Shown here in pieces: positions 1-10,080 of a stretch of DNA of 64,000 bases; within the stretch, counting starts at the first letter, position 1; each line of letters opens with the position of its first letter. The DNA lies in assembly GCA_022709735.1 (NCBI GenBank), contig JAKLIG010000004.1, forward strand, positions 240 to 64,239, given 5' to 3'. The notes below the pieces were generated by a model that saw only the letters and a list, made by a program, of their open reading frames with translations, did not search any database and was not told the DNA's origin. Made by a program: the position numbers and the translations under genes. The stretch comes from Patescibacteria group bacterium (GTDB taxonomy: Bacteria; Patescibacteriota; Minisyncoccia; Moranbacterales; UBA2206).

Positions 1-3000
1 TCAACATTACCTTCTGAATTAGGTACAGCGGTTGCCGTAGTTTCAAACTCTGGATTGGCGTTGACTACATAGGTGACAGTGACAGAGTTGAGAGTAGGAG
101 TAGCATCTCCGTTGTCAGAGATAAGATAAGCTTTGTATCTAAAGTATTGATCATTGGTGTGATCACCCAAGGCTCCGGCTTCTAAAATATCACAAGTGAC
201 AGTGTCAGAGGCTTTGGAACAATAGGTGGAATTGGAGTCATCGAAGTAAGTATTAGTTTCTCCATCTGGTCCCATGAACTCTGACCAGTCAGTGCCGTTA
301 CTTGAGGTTTGCATTTGGAATCTGATGTTGGTGTTACTTGGGACAGTTTCATTCCAAACAAGTTGAGCGAGAGTGTTGGCGGAGTCATTGGAGTTGTAGG
401 TGGAGGAAGTAATATAAGGGGTTTGAGTTTGCACATTTCCGACAGAATAAAAAGTAGTAGAATAATTTTGGTTATTATATTCCGTAGAAATCCAGCCAGA
501 AGAAAGTTCCCCATTATAAACTTTTACTTCGTCTAAGCGTCCATCGTAATATTCTATACCAGGCCTATATCCAATATACAATGGAGCCGTCGTGTTTCTT
601 AAAAGTCCGGCAGTTCCATTCGCTGAATTATCAATGGAACCATTAAAATAAACTTTTAAAGCTCCGCTGTTATTATTATAGGTGAATGTCCATAAGGTCC
701 AAGTCTGTGAAGGAATTGAAGTTAAAGATCCTACATTCGACCATGAAGTGTTTCTAACATAAAAATTATATTTACTATTAAGCGTGTTTACAATATCAAA
801 TTCTGCCGTTTGATCTTCCGCATTATTATATTTTGATATCGCAGTTAAATAATTATTCGCGGGGCTATCATCATTCGCCCAAAAGGAAACACTCAAACCA
901 TCTGTTCCAGTTAATGAATCGCTATCAGAAACTGTTATTTTTTTACTTGCAAAATCTTGAGCTTTCCCCAGTTTTCCATCAACTTCATTTGGATTATTTG
1001 CACTTGTCTTTGATCCATTATTACCATTCGATGTTGAATCGCTTGTCGTTGAAGTTGTTGTATCTTTCATGTGTTGAACCATTACATATCCATTTGTCCA
1101 AACATTATTTCTCCCATAAGGATCACTCGCTGCATAAGCCGAAGCCGAAGAATTTCCGTAGTAAATATAGAAAGAAGTATTGGTCCCAGAAGAAAGTGAA
1201 TCGGCCTTGAAATATAGTTCGCCAGTATTAGCATTAGCATCAATCGAAACTAATTCGTAAGGAAGTTCAGTGCCGGATGAATTAGTTATGCGAATATCGG
1301 CGCCGTCTGATTTAACCGCTGAGAAAAAGTTTGCACCCAAATCAGCCAGATTTACATAAACTGGAAAATTGGTGAGTGTTGCTCCAACTTTAGCATGATC
1401 AATAGTAATTGATTTTCGTTTTAACCAATCAGAAAAAGATCCGAAATCATAACCACCAGGATAATTTATATAATTAAAAGAAATATCACTTAATAGTGGA
1501 TTGGCAGTGGGAGCATTATATGGTTTCGGAGATTGAATGGAATTGTTGGACGCGAGATTAACTCGGTATTGGATATATCGATAATTATCAAAAGCATCCA
1601 GGCTTGCACTATTAGCTAGCCCAGTTGACCAGCCTGTCCAGGTGCCATCAGGCGTCGCCGTGTTTCCTGCTCTGGCATCGACAGTGAGAGAAGGCGTACT
1701 AATAGAATCAGCAGTCGTAGTTTTGTTATATCCTAATGTAGTAAAGTTTCTTCCAAGAGCAAAATCCACCACTGAAGAAGTGTATGAAGCCGAGACATTG
1801 TAGTAGATGGAGCCGTTGGAACCATAGCCATTACCATATCCAATTGCGCCAGTAGCTGTGTTAGTTAAATTATATCCTGAAATCTTGGCAAATGTAAGAG
1901 AGATGCGACCGCCTGCTCCTCCTCCACCATAATATGTGCCGGAAAAAGTTCCTCCCACTCCTCCATTCGCTCTCACTGTTCCCGAACCGGTGATTGCTCC
2001 GGCAGAAATCCAAATAGAACCTCCTGAACCGCCACCGCCTTCATTGCCTTGTGAATTACTTCCTCCTGCATTTCCATTGGCCGTAATAAATCCGCCAGAA
2101 TTTAAAGTTAATGTTCCAGAAACAACCAATTTAATTGCTCCTCCACCATTGCCTCCTGCCAATCCATTTGTAGGAAGACTATAAGCTCCTCCTCCTCCTC
2201 CTGAACCCAAATCAGTTGGCTGAGTTAATGAAGCTTGACCATGTTGAACACCTCCAGTAGCTCCTCCGTCACTATTCCCACCAGCTCCGCCATGTCCGCC
2301 ACCAGCTCCGCTCCCTAATCCTCCGCTTCCTCCACCCGCTCCAGAAGTTTCACCATTATATCCTGTTGTATGTCCGTTTGTTCCGCCCGCTCCACCACCA
2401 AGACCAAAACCACTTACATCAATTTTACTTGTTCCATCAATTGTCAAATTAGCCATGGATAGATTGAGATAATATGTTGAAGTACTGCCTAAGTTAGCAT
2501 TGGTTGTGTGAGTAAGAGTTCCGCTACTCGAAATAGTCATCGCATAAGTAGAAGGAAGAATATATCGACTAGTGCCATCACTATAGAGAGTATCCATAGT
2601 AACTGTTGCTCCAGTGATATTGAAATTCTGGAGACTATTAGCAGTAAATGTTCCTGAATCAGTGGAAGTGCCACCGTTAAAATTAAGTGTAGTTAGAGCA
2701 TTAGCTGTTATTGTTCCAGTGTTGCTGTTAGTAGAAGAAAAAGTAAGGGTAGTAAGACTTGGCAGAGTTGTTGTCCCACCAGAGTTAGTAAAAGTAGATG
2801 CGAAAGTAAGAGAAGTGTATGTAGCAGAATTTTGGGAAAATGTTCCGGAATTAGTAAAAGCAGTAGAAAAAGTATTAGCACTGGAAGCAGTTATTTGTCC
2901 GTAGATATTAAATTCAGCGCTGGCACTAATAGTAAAGCCAGCTGTGCCTTCTAAAAAATTTAGATTATTAAAGTTTTTAACTCCATAAGTGGAAGAAATA

Positions 3001-4154
3001 GTTCTGGCGGATGGAGAATTATGTCCATTATTATTAAAAGTCAAATCGCCATAAGTAGCACTGTCTTGTTTAGTATAAATGGAACCGGAAGCAGCATAAC
3101 CATTGCCATATCCTATAGCTCCATAAGTAGTTTTAGTAAAACTAGAACTAGAGTCAGTTGTATAAGTCAGAGATATTCTACCCCCCGATCCTCCTCCGCC
3201 ATAATATGTACTAGAATAAGTTCCTCCTGCTCCACCTCCAGATTGGATCGTTCCAGAACCAGTAATGGTTCCGGATGAAATCCAAATAGAACCTCCAGAG
3301 CCACCTCCACCTTCATTATTATCTGAGTTACTTCCTCCTGCATTTCCATTAGCAGTAACAAATCCGCCAAAACTTAAAGTAAATGTCCCGGCAACAGAAA
3401 GTTTGATTGCACCTCCACCAGAACCTCCAGCCTGTGGACCAGCCCCGCCAGTATAACTTCCTCCACCTCCCCCTGAACCCAGAGCAGTTGGCTGATGAAT
3501 ATTAGCTTGATCATTTTCAATCCCGCCAACTCCGCTATCTCCAGATCTTCCTGCTCCACCATAACCTCCTCCACCGCCACTGCCAGCCGTTCCTCCTGTT
3601 CCCCCTCCAGATCCAGAAGTATTGCCATCATATCCTGCTACATGACCAGAAGTTCCTCCCGCTCCGCCAGATAAACCCTTGCCATTTGCATTAACATAAC
3701 CACCATTAGCTATACTCATATCTCCTCCGACTGAAAGTCTAATAGCATGAGTGCTGGCAGTAGTGTTCGCCGTATGCGTGATAGTTCCGCTTCCTCCAAC
3801 CGTTAAATTACCAGTAATAATTAATTGATTGGTAAACCCATTGGAAAGTGTAAGGGTAGAAGCAGCGCTTGATCCGATTGAAAGAGAATTGATTGTGACA
3901 TTGCCTCCGGAGAGATCAAGGATCGGCTGGTTGGCTGTCGCAATATTGATTGTTACATCATCAGTAGTTTGCGGATAAGTTGAATTACAACTATCCCAGT
4001 TAGCGGCCGTAGTCCACGCCGTTGATCCTGCGCCATTTTTCCAAGAGCAAGAATACGCATCGACTTTCTCCGACGAAAAAACAAAAGCCAAAAATATTAT
4101 AACTGTTGTTAATATAATTTTTGGATATATTAGTTTTTGTTTTTTTAAAAACAT
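1..4154 (-). CDS. Giant secreted/surface protein, 5'-partial in window (C-terminus lies beyond position 1). N-terminal signal/TM anchor, then two ~424-aa Gly/Ser/Thr-rich units (GGxGG...NGNAGGSNS..NEGGGGSGGSIWIS..ITGSGT..YYGGGG.GGRISLT), then DUF2341-like and LamG/concanavalin-like regions
   Basis: ATG at 4154 (minus) opens a frame that I translated by hand in segments with no stop seen, and the ORF track lists no ORF in that frame here; it presumably runs off the window edge, which would explain its absence from the track. Hydrophobic N-terminus MFLKKQKLIYPKIILTTVIIFLAFVFS. The repeated units show up as wrong-frame PPEPPPPSL peptides in plus ORFs 1936..2184 and 3265..3456. Confidence 0.7.
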   Translation of the reverse strand, partial: MFLKKQKLIYPKIILTTVIIFLAFVFSSEKVDAYSCSWKNGAGSTAWTTAANWDSCNSTYPQTTDDVTINIATANQPILDLSGGNVTINSLSIGSSAASTLTLSNGFTNQLIITGNLTVGGSGTITHTANTTASTHAIRLSVGGDMSIANGGYVNANGKGLSGGAGGTSGHVAGYDGNTSGSGGGTGGTAGSGGGGGYGGAGRSGDSGVGGIENDQANIHQPTALGSGGGGGSYTGGAGPQAGGSGGGAIKLSVAGTFTLSFGGFVTANGNAGGSNSDNNEGGGGSGGSIWISSGTITGSGTIQSGGGAGGTYSSTYYGGGGSGGRISLTYTTDSSSSFTKTTYGAIGYGNGYAASGSIYTKQDSATYGDLTFNNNGHNSPSARTISSTYGVKNFNNLNFLEGTAGFTISASAEFNIYGQITASSANTFSTAFTNSGTFSQNSATYTSLTFASTFTNSGGTTTLPSLTTLTFSSTNSNTGTITANALTTLNFNGGTSTDSGTFTANSLQNFNITGATVTMDTLYSDGTSRYILPSTYAMTISSSGTLTHTTNANLGSTSTYYLNLSMANLTIDGTSKIDVSGFGLGGGAGGTNGHTTGYNGETSGAGGGSGGLGSGAGGGHGGAGGNSDGGATGGVQHGQASLTQPTDLGSGGGGGAYSLPTNGLAGGNGGGAIKLVVSGTLTLNSGGFITANGNAGGSNSQGNEGGGGSGGSIWISAGAITGSGTVRANGGVGGTFSGTYYGGGGAGGRISLTFAKISGYNLTNTATGAIGYGNGYGSNGSIYYNVSASYTSSVVDFALGRNFTTLGYNKTTTADSISTPSLTVDARAGNTATPDGTWTGWSTGLANSASLDAFDNYRYIQYRVNLASNNSIQSPKPYNAPTANPLLSDISFNYINYPGGYDFGSFSDWLKRKSITIDHAKVGATLTNFPVYVNLADLGANFFSAVKSDGADIRITNSSGTELPYELVSIDANANTGELYFKADSLSSGTNTSFYIYYGNSSASAYAASDPYGRNNVWTNGYVMVQHMKDTTTSTTSDSTSNGNNGSKTSANNPNEVDGKLGKAQDFASKKITVSDSDSLTGTDGLSVSFWANDDSPANNYLTAISKYNNAEDQTAEFDIVNTLNSKYNFYVRNTSWSNVGSLTSIPSQTWTLWTFTYNNNSGALKVYFNGSIDNSANGTAGLLRNTTAPLYIGYRPGIEYYDGRLDEVKVYNGELSSGWISTEYNNQNYSTTFYSVGNVQTQTPYITSSTYNSNDSANTLAQLVWNETVPSNTNIRFQMQTSSNGTDWSEFMGPDGETNTYFDDSNSTYCSKASDTVTCDILEAGALGDHTNDQYFRYKAYLISDNGDATPTLNSVTVTYVVNANPEFETTATAVPNSEGNV
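1900..3720 (-). repeat. Intragenic tandem duplication inside the giant surface-protein gene: two ~0.5 kb homologous segments (about 1900-2450 and 3170-3720), offset ~1272 nt, ~80% nucleotide identity
   Basis: By-eye alignment of 1981-2160 with 3241-3420. The same wrong-frame peptide EIQIEPPEPPPPSL appears at 2005 and 3277. Confidence 0.75.
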
Positions 4155-4425
4155 CTTGTGTTTAATTTTTTCTTTTATTCTAATTTTTTCTTTTGAAATT
4201 AAGAATAACCAAAAACTAAGGCAAAAAATTATCCCTGTCCTAGGATTTTGTCTTTAGTCTTTTTTGACATAATTTAATCAGCTAAAAATTAAATTATTCC
4301 AAACTTTTAGCTACTCATATTTTAGCATAAATTTGAGAAAAAATCTTTCTAGTTGTGGATAAGTTTGAAGACAAAAAAACCTACTCTTTTTAAGCAGGTT
4401 ATTTTAGCAAATTTCTGTAGTTTTA

Positions 4426-6300
4426 TTATCCTAAAACCGCCTTAATTCTTCTCACTCCCGCGCTGGATGATTCTTCTTTGGTTATTTTAAATTTTCCAAT
4501 TTCGGAAGTATTTTTCACATGCGGACCACCGCAAAGTTCAATGCTGAAATCGCCGATTTTATATACTTTCACTATCTCGCCATATTTTGCCGGATCAAAA
4601 GAAATCTTGGCGATTTTCAGGGCTTCGTCTTTTTTCATTTCAATCATTTCGACTGGAATATTTTCTTGAATCTTTTGATTGACCAAATCTTCTATCTTTT
4701 TAATTTGTTCGGGCGTCAGTTTCTCGGGATAATTGAAATCAAATCGCAATCTTTCCGCATTAATGTTGCTACCTTTTTGATAAATCTCTTGACCTAATAT
4801 TTCTCTGATCGCTGCCAAAAGCAAATGCGTCGCCGTGTGATATTTCACAGAAATTTCTCCCGCATCCGCAAGTCCTCCCTTAAACATTCCGGCAGAGGCA
4901 GTTCTCGAGAGTTCTTGATGCTGCTTAAAATCTCTTTCGATAAAATCTTTTTCTAATTTTTTTCCTAAAGAATCGCTGGTTGACTTGCTTAATCCTACGC
5001 CCTTAAATAATTCTAAAAAAAACATGTCATGAGGATATCCATGCGTAGATTCAAGATTAAAAGCAGTTGCTGTGATTGGAGTACCTTCTGCTAATATTTT
5101 TTTATTCATAAATTCGTCAACTTTATCGCTTGAAATTCCTTTTTCCATCATAGATGCTAACAGAAATAATTTATATCTCTCTACTTCTTTATTTTTTAAT
5201 TTTAAAACCTTATTATCTGATAATAATTCATTAAATTTATCTTCTTCCTTTTCTAAAACACCTAAAATATTTTCTTTTAAAATTTCCGGATAAATATCTT
5301 CATAAATTTCTTGTACTACCTTTGCAATTTCATTTATAAAATTTTCTTTAATTCCAATCAGATGACCTTGCCGAATTGCCCGGCGAATTAGTCGGCGCAA
5401 AACATAACCGCGTTGAACATTGGAAGGAGTTATGCCGTCAGCAATAATAAATACGCTGGCTATTATATGATCAGCAATAATTCTAAATTCTTTTTTATTG
5501 TCTTCATATTTTTTTCCGGAAAGTTCTTCAATTTTCTGAATTATCGGCCAGAAAAGTTCTGTTTTATAATTATCATCCAGTCCATTTATCGCCACCAAGA
5601 CTCGCACCAATCCCATCCCAGTATCCACATTCTTTTGCTCAAGTTTTTCATAAGTTCCATCTTTCTTTTTGCCATATTCCATAAAAACATCGTTCCAGAT
5701 TTCTACCCAAAGATCATTGTCATCATTGAAAGATTCAGGAACATTTTCCGGATCTCCAACCCAATAAAAAATTTCGCTGTCTGGTCCGCATGGTCCGGTT
5801 TCTCCCGCTGGTCCCCACCAATTATTTTTTTTGGGAAGTTTTGCAATTCTTTTTTCCGAAACCCCGAGACTTTTCCAAATTTCATAAGCCTCGCTGTCGA
5901 AAGGCGCGTCTTTATCGCCGGCAAAAACGGAAACAGCAATTCTATTTTTATCTAGTCCCAACCATTCCGGCGAAGTCAAAAATTCATAGCTCCACTCAAT
6001 CGCTTCTTTTTTGAAATAATCACCCAGCGACCAATTGCCCAGCATTTCAAAAAAAGTATGATGCGTTGCATCGCCCACTTCATCAATGTCTCCTGTTCGA
6101 ATACATTTTTGGCAATTGGCCAATCTTTTTCCTTGCGGATGTTTTTCGCCTGAAAGATATGGCACCAAAGGATGCATCCCAGCAGTCGTAAAAAGCACCG
6201 TCGGATCATTTTCCGGAATCAAAGAAGCCGAAGGGATAATCGCGTGCCCATGTTTTTCAAAAAATTCCAAGTATTTTTGACGAAGTTCGCTAGCAGTCAT
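4426..6300 (-). CDS. alaS: Alanyl-tRNA synthetase, short form (catalytic + tRNA-recognition + editing domains; the C-terminal C-Ala domain appears absent)
   Basis: N-terminus MTASELRQKYLEFFEKHGHAIIPSASLIPENDPTVLFTTAGM; editing-domain motifs HTATHLL and CGGPHV; 624 aa versus ~870 aa in typical bacteria. Confidence 0.9.
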   Translation of the reverse strand: MTASELRQKYLEFFEKHGHAIIPSASLIPENDPTVLFTTAGMHPLVPYLSGEKHPQGKRLANCQKCIRTGDIDEVGDATHHTFFEMLGNWSLGDYFKKEAIEWSYEFLTSPEWLGLDKNRIAVSVFAGDKDAPFDSEAYEIWKSLGVSEKRIAKLPKKNNWWGPAGETGPCGPDSEIFYWVGDPENVPESFNDDNDLWVEIWNDVFMEYGKKKDGTYEKLEQKNVDTGMGLVRVLVAINGLDDNYKTELFWPIIQKIEELSGKKYEDNKKEFRIIADHIIASVFIIADGITPSNVQRGYVLRRLIRRAIRQGHLIGIKENFINEIAKVVQEIYEDIYPEILKENILGVLEKEEDKFNELLSDNKVLKLKNKEVERYKLFLLASMMEKGISSDKVDEFMNKKILAEGTPITATAFNLESTHGYPHDMFFLELFKGVGLSKSTSDSLGKKLEKDFIERDFKQHQELSRTASAGMFKGGLADAGEISVKYHTATHLLLAAIREILGQEIYQKGSNINAERLRFDFNYPEKLTPEQIKKIEDLVNQKIQENIPVEMIEMKKDEALKIAKISFDPAKYGEIVKVYKIGDFSIELCGGPHVKNTSEIGKFKITKEESSSAGVRRIKAVLG

Positions 6301-6331
6301 AAAAATAAGAAGTAAGAATTAAGAAGAAAGA

Positions 6332-6580
6332 TTATTTTATATTATAATTTAATTCTGTCTCAATTTTTTTATATTCCCAAGGTTTAATATAAGAACCAAA
6401 TAAATCATCCAGTTCTTGTATGGCTGAAGATATATAAGCTTTCCCGCCTTTATCCAATCTTTTTTCAATATCTCTTATCTTCCCTTTATAATCATACGCC
6501 TTCTTGGCTGCTTCCGTTTCTTTTATTCTGCCTTCTCCAATAACTAAAATAATAACGCTTGTTAATTTTGATGTAGCCAT
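6332..6580 (-). CDS. Hypothetical protein (82 aa)
   Basis: ORF only; no recognisable motif. Confidence 0.4.
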   Translation of the reverse strand: MATSKLTSVIILVIGEGRIKETEAAKKAYDYKGKIRDIEKRLDKGGKAYISSAIQELDDLFGSYIKPWEYKKIETELNYNIK

Positions 6581-6599
6581 ATATTTTAAAATTAAGAAA

Positions 6600-6869
6600 T
6601 TATAACAATGCTAACTTTCTTTTCAGTCCTTTTATTTCTTCCTCATTTTGGGAAAATTGAAAATTTACCGTACTAAATCTTTTTTCTTTTTCATTCAAAT
6701 CAATTCGCAGTCTTTCGCTATCCATTTTGAGTTTTCTAATTTCCGCGTCCAGCATATTTTTTTCTGCTACAAATTTCCTCTGATCCGTATCCAGTATAGA
6801 AAGTTGCATATTTATAGCATTCTTTTGCCGACCCTTGTCTTCATCGCTTGAAGCATTATTTCCGTACAT
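6600..6869 (-). CDS. Hypothetical coiled-coil protein (89 aa)
   Basis: ORF; charged heptad-like sequence. Confidence 0.4.
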   Translation of the reverse strand: MYGNNASSDEDKGRQKNAINMQLSILDTDQRKFVAEKNMLDAEIRKLKMDSERLRIDLNEKEKRFSTVNFQFSQNEEEIKGLKRKLALL

Positions 6870-6878
6870 AATTTTAAA

Positions 6879-7994
6879 TTATTTTATTACTCCGCCACCC
6901 AACACTTCTTGTTTTTTATTATAAAACACTATCGACTGCCCCGGCGTCACCGCCCGTTGAGACTTCTCAAAAACAATCCTGTATTCTTCTTTATTCTTGC
7001 TTCTTAATTCTTTCTTCTTGCTTATTGTAGCATAAGAAAGCGGATTTCGGTATCTTGCCCGCACCAAAAGCTTAGTCGGCATTTTCGGCTCATTGTCAAT
7101 CCAATTGACTTTTTCCAAGGTTGCGCTTTTGGAGAATAAGGCTGAATCTTTTTTGGTATTCGTGACGACAAGCTTATTTTTTGCAAAATCTTTATTCGAA
7201 ACATAATACGGTCCAGTCCCGCCAATTTTTATCCCTTTTCTTTGGCCGATCGTATAAAGTGGAAGTCCGAAGTGCCGTCCGATAATTTTATTTTTAAAAT
7301 CGAATATATTTCCTGCTTTGAGTCTTAAGTTTTTTTTCAAAAAATCTTCTACCGACGTATTTCCCAAAAAACAAATATCCTGCGATTCGGCTTTGTCAAA
7401 ATTTGGAAGATCAAATTTTTTTGCCAGTTTCCGCACTTCTTCTTTTTTATATTCTCCCAATGGAAAAATAATTCTCGCCAATTGATTTTGCTTCAATCTG
7501 TACAAAAAATAACTCTGATCTTTGTTTTTATCCTCTGCTTCAAATAAACGATAAGAAAAATTTTCATTGATATTTTTTTTATTTTCTCCCTTCTTGCTTC
7601 TTTCTTCTTGCTTCTCTATGCGAGCGTAATGACCAGTGGAAACATAATCCGCCTTAATTTTATCCGCTTCTTGAAATAATATTTTGAACTTCAAATTCTC
7701 ATTGCAAAAAACACACGGGTTGGGAGTACGGCCGGAAGCGTATTCTTTCAAAAAATATCCAACTACTTCTTTTTTGAATTTTTTCCGTACATCAACCGCC
7801 CTAAGCTCAATATTCAAAATCTTAGCAACTTTTTTTGCATCTTCTAGCGATTTATTATTTTCTCCATCCGTCTTCCAGAGCCTTAAAAATATTCCAAAAA
7901 CATCAAAACCCTGCTTTTTCAGCAGGGCTGCTGACACAGAGGAATCTACTCCGCCGGACATACCTATCAATATTTTTTTTCTTTTTTTTATCAT
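6879..7994 (-). CDS. mnmA: tRNA-specific 2-thiouridylase MnmA
   Basis: PP-loop ILIGMSGGVDSS; start moved to the internal Met (MIKKRKKILIG), since the upstream extension in the track overlaps the intergenic region. Confidence 0.85.
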   Translation of the reverse strand: MIKKRKKILIGMSGGVDSSVSAALLKKQGFDVFGIFLRLWKTDGENNKSLEDAKKVAKILNIELRAVDVRKKFKKEVVGYFLKEYASGRTPNPCVFCNENLKFKILFQEADKIKADYVSTGHYARIEKQEERSKKGENKKNINENFSYRLFEAEDKNKDQSYFLYRLKQNQLARIIFPLGEYKKEEVRKLAKKFDLPNFDKAESQDICFLGNTSVEDFLKKNLRLKAGNIFDFKNKIIGRHFGLPLYTIGQRKGIKIGGTGPYYVSNKDFAKNKLVVTNTKKDSALFSKSATLEKVNWIDNEPKMPTKLLVRARYRNPLSYATISKKKELRSKNKEEYRIVFEKSQRAVTPGQSIVFYNKKQEVLGGGVIK

Positions 7995-7995
7995 C

Positions 7996-8145
7996 CTATT
8001 TTTGCAATCTCTTTGCAATATCGAAAGCCTCCGAATTTTTTGCATTTTCTGTTATCTTTTTTCCTTCTGCGATCGTAAACCAAGAGAGTAAAAAACTTAA
8101 TACAATTACAACTAAAAAAGCTACATGACTGGGAACTTTTTGATT
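7996..8145 (-). CDS. Possible small membrane protein (49 aa, MSFNQKVPSHVAFLVVIVLSFLLSWFTIAEGKK...); below the ORF-track size cutoff
   Basis: Hand translation of the minus strand; single hydrophobic helix; lies between mnmA and the downstream ATPase gene. Confidence 0.3.
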   Translation of the reverse strand, partial: NQKVPSHVAFLVVIVLSFLLSWFTIAEGKKITENAKNSEAFDIAKRLQK

Positions 8146-8155
8146 GAAACTCATT

Positions 8156-10072
8156 CTATTCATCTTGATTTGTTTTAGTTTTTTGTATTAGATTCCTAAC
8201 TTCGCCTAAATTAATTTCCGGTTTTTTTCGGATAGATTTAAATTTCTTCGGCGCGATGTGCGCCATCTGGGAAAGACTCATTGGTTTATCCGAAGAAACA
8301 AGTGCGTTTGGTTGCAGTTCTTCTTTTTTATTCTCTTTTCTGCTATATTTTTCAGAATTTCTATTCTGCGCAATATAATTTTTCTTTTCCTCCTTTTCTT
8401 TCTGACTCACCGCTCTTGCTCTTTGATAATCCTTGAGGCATTCTTTGCAAAAAGTCGGACGACTTGGATCAGGCTGGAACGGCACTTGGATTTTTTCTTC
8501 ACAGCTACTGCAAACCGCGTCATACATTTTTTTTTCTTCCGTTTTTGGCGTAGCATTTACAATCACTGTATCATTTTTTGGCAAAACTGCATCATTATTC
8601 AGAGCTGACCTTTTTATTTCTGGTTTAGTGCTAATAATATTTTTTTCTTTCGGCTGTTGAATAATTTCTTTTCCATTTGCGCTTTCTTTTTCAAATTCTT
8701 CAAAATTAAACATTCCACTCCAGCGGGCAATTTTTTCCTCGACTTCCGCCCTGGATTTTCCGTAGCGCTCGCGCGAAACCTTCACAACCTTTTCCATATT
8801 ATCTTGGGTATCTGACAAATTAACTGGCGGAAGAGCAGTTGCTGAAAAAGCATCTCCGGCAATGCCATCAATCATAAGTTTGAGATACATCTGGTATTTG
8901 GATAAATTTACAATGTCATTCATCATAAAAACCGGCTCAAATTCTTTTTCCAGCGCTTCAGCGTCTTCCGCTCCTACTCGAAAAGATACGATTGTTCCAA
9001 CGTTTCCAAAAATTGCATCGCGCACTGTAGAATTTCCGTCAAAAATCAATTGATTTATATATTGGTGCGCTAAAATCAAAGCTAAGCGATATTTTCTTGC
9101 TTCCGACAAAATATTTGCAAAAGATTCAGTTGCAAAGTTTTGGAATTCATCCACATAAAGATAGAAATCTTTTCTTTCTTCTTCTGGAATTTCCACTCGT
9201 CCCATTGCCGCCAGCTGAATTTTAGTGACAATCATTCCGCCAAGGAGCCTCATTGCATCTTCGCCGATTCGCCCCTTGGAAAGATTGACAATCAAAATTT
9301 TCTGATTGTCCATAATGTCTCGCATATCGATTGTGGATTTTGGCTGACCAACAATATGGCGAATGACAAAAGACGACAAAAATTGTCCGACTTTATTTTG
9401 AATGGCTGCGACCGCTTCTTTTCTAAATTTATCCTCCCATTTGTCAAATTCATTGAGCCAGAAAGATTTTACAACTGGGTCTTTTATTTTTGGATAAACG
9501 CGCTTTCGATAATCCTTGTCGCTCATCATACGATTAACTCCAAGCATAGTTGAGCCGGGATAATCCAAGAGAGCCAGAATTGTATTGTTCAAAATATATT
9601 CCATTCTCGGACTCCAAACATCCGGCCAGATTTTCTTGAAAACTCCCATCATTCCGCTAGCAACCAGATTTTTTTTGTCTTCATCGACTGATTCTAAAAT
9701 ATTAAAAGCGATTGGAAAATCTTTGTCGGCCGGATTGAAATAAACCACATCGTTAATGCGGTCAGGCGGAACAGCGCGAAGCATTTTTTCCGCTCCTTCG
9801 CCATGTGGATCAACATAGCAAACTCCATACCCCGCCCGGATATCTTGAATTGCCATATTTTCCAACATATTGGATTTTCCCATTCCGGTTTTTCCAATAA
9901 CATACATATGACGACGGCGGTCGTCTTTTTTTATTCCAAAGCTTCTCTCCTGATTTCTGAAATTAGTTTTAGCAAAAAAGTTGATCTCGGACATTTTTTC
10001 AAAAATGGACGAGATCATCCTGAGCGAAGCTTCAATGTAATCATTGAAGCGAGTCGAAGGATCCCGTACCAA
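8156..10072 (-). CDS. TraG/TraD/VirD4-family (FtsK-HerA clade) P-loop ATPase, soluble, with C-terminal CxxC...CxxC zinc ribbon
   Basis: Walker A VIGKTGMGKS, Walker B LYVDEFQNF, C-terminal CSSCEEK...CKECLKDY; no N-terminal TM helices. Confidence 0.7.
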   Translation of the reverse strand: MVRDPSTRFNDYIEASLRMISSIFEKMSEINFFAKTNFRNQERSFGIKKDDRRRHMYVIGKTGMGKSNMLENMAIQDIRAGYGVCYVDPHGEGAEKMLRAVPPDRINDVVYFNPADKDFPIAFNILESVDEDKKNLVASGMMGVFKKIWPDVWSPRMEYILNNTILALLDYPGSTMLGVNRMMSDKDYRKRVYPKIKDPVVKSFWLNEFDKWEDKFRKEAVAAIQNKVGQFLSSFVIRHIVGQPKSTIDMRDIMDNQKILIVNLSKGRIGEDAMRLLGGMIVTKIQLAAMGRVEIPEEERKDFYLYVDEFQNFATESFANILSEARKYRLALILAHQYINQLIFDGNSTVRDAIFGNVGTIVSFRVGAEDAEALEKEFEPVFMMNDIVNLSKYQMYLKLMIDGIAGDAFSATALPPVNLSDTQDNMEKVVKVSRERYGKSRAEVEEKIARWSGMFNFEEFEKESANGKEIIQQPKEKNIISTKPEIKRSALNNDAVLPKNDTVIVNATPKTEEKKMYDAVCSSCEEKIQVPFQPDPSRPTFCKECLKDYQRARAVSQKEKEEKKNYIAQNRNSEKYSRKENKKEELQPNALVSSDKPMSLSQMAHIAPKKFKSIRKKPEINLGEVRNLIQKTKTNQDE

Positions 10073-10080
10073 TATATTAT

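Noticed and set aside
1936-3456. Plus-strand Pro-rich ORFs (1936..2184, 2614..2904, 3021..3278, 3265..3456) and minus ORFs 3167..3370 and 3374..3631
   Set aside because: They are wrong-frame or antisense translations of the Gly-rich repeat region of the giant minus-strand gene. Their PPEPPPP composition mirrors the GGSGG codons.
7684-8128. Plus-strand ORFs 7684..8091 and 7835..8128
   Set aside because: Antisense to mnmA and the small membrane ORF, with no start-site signals.
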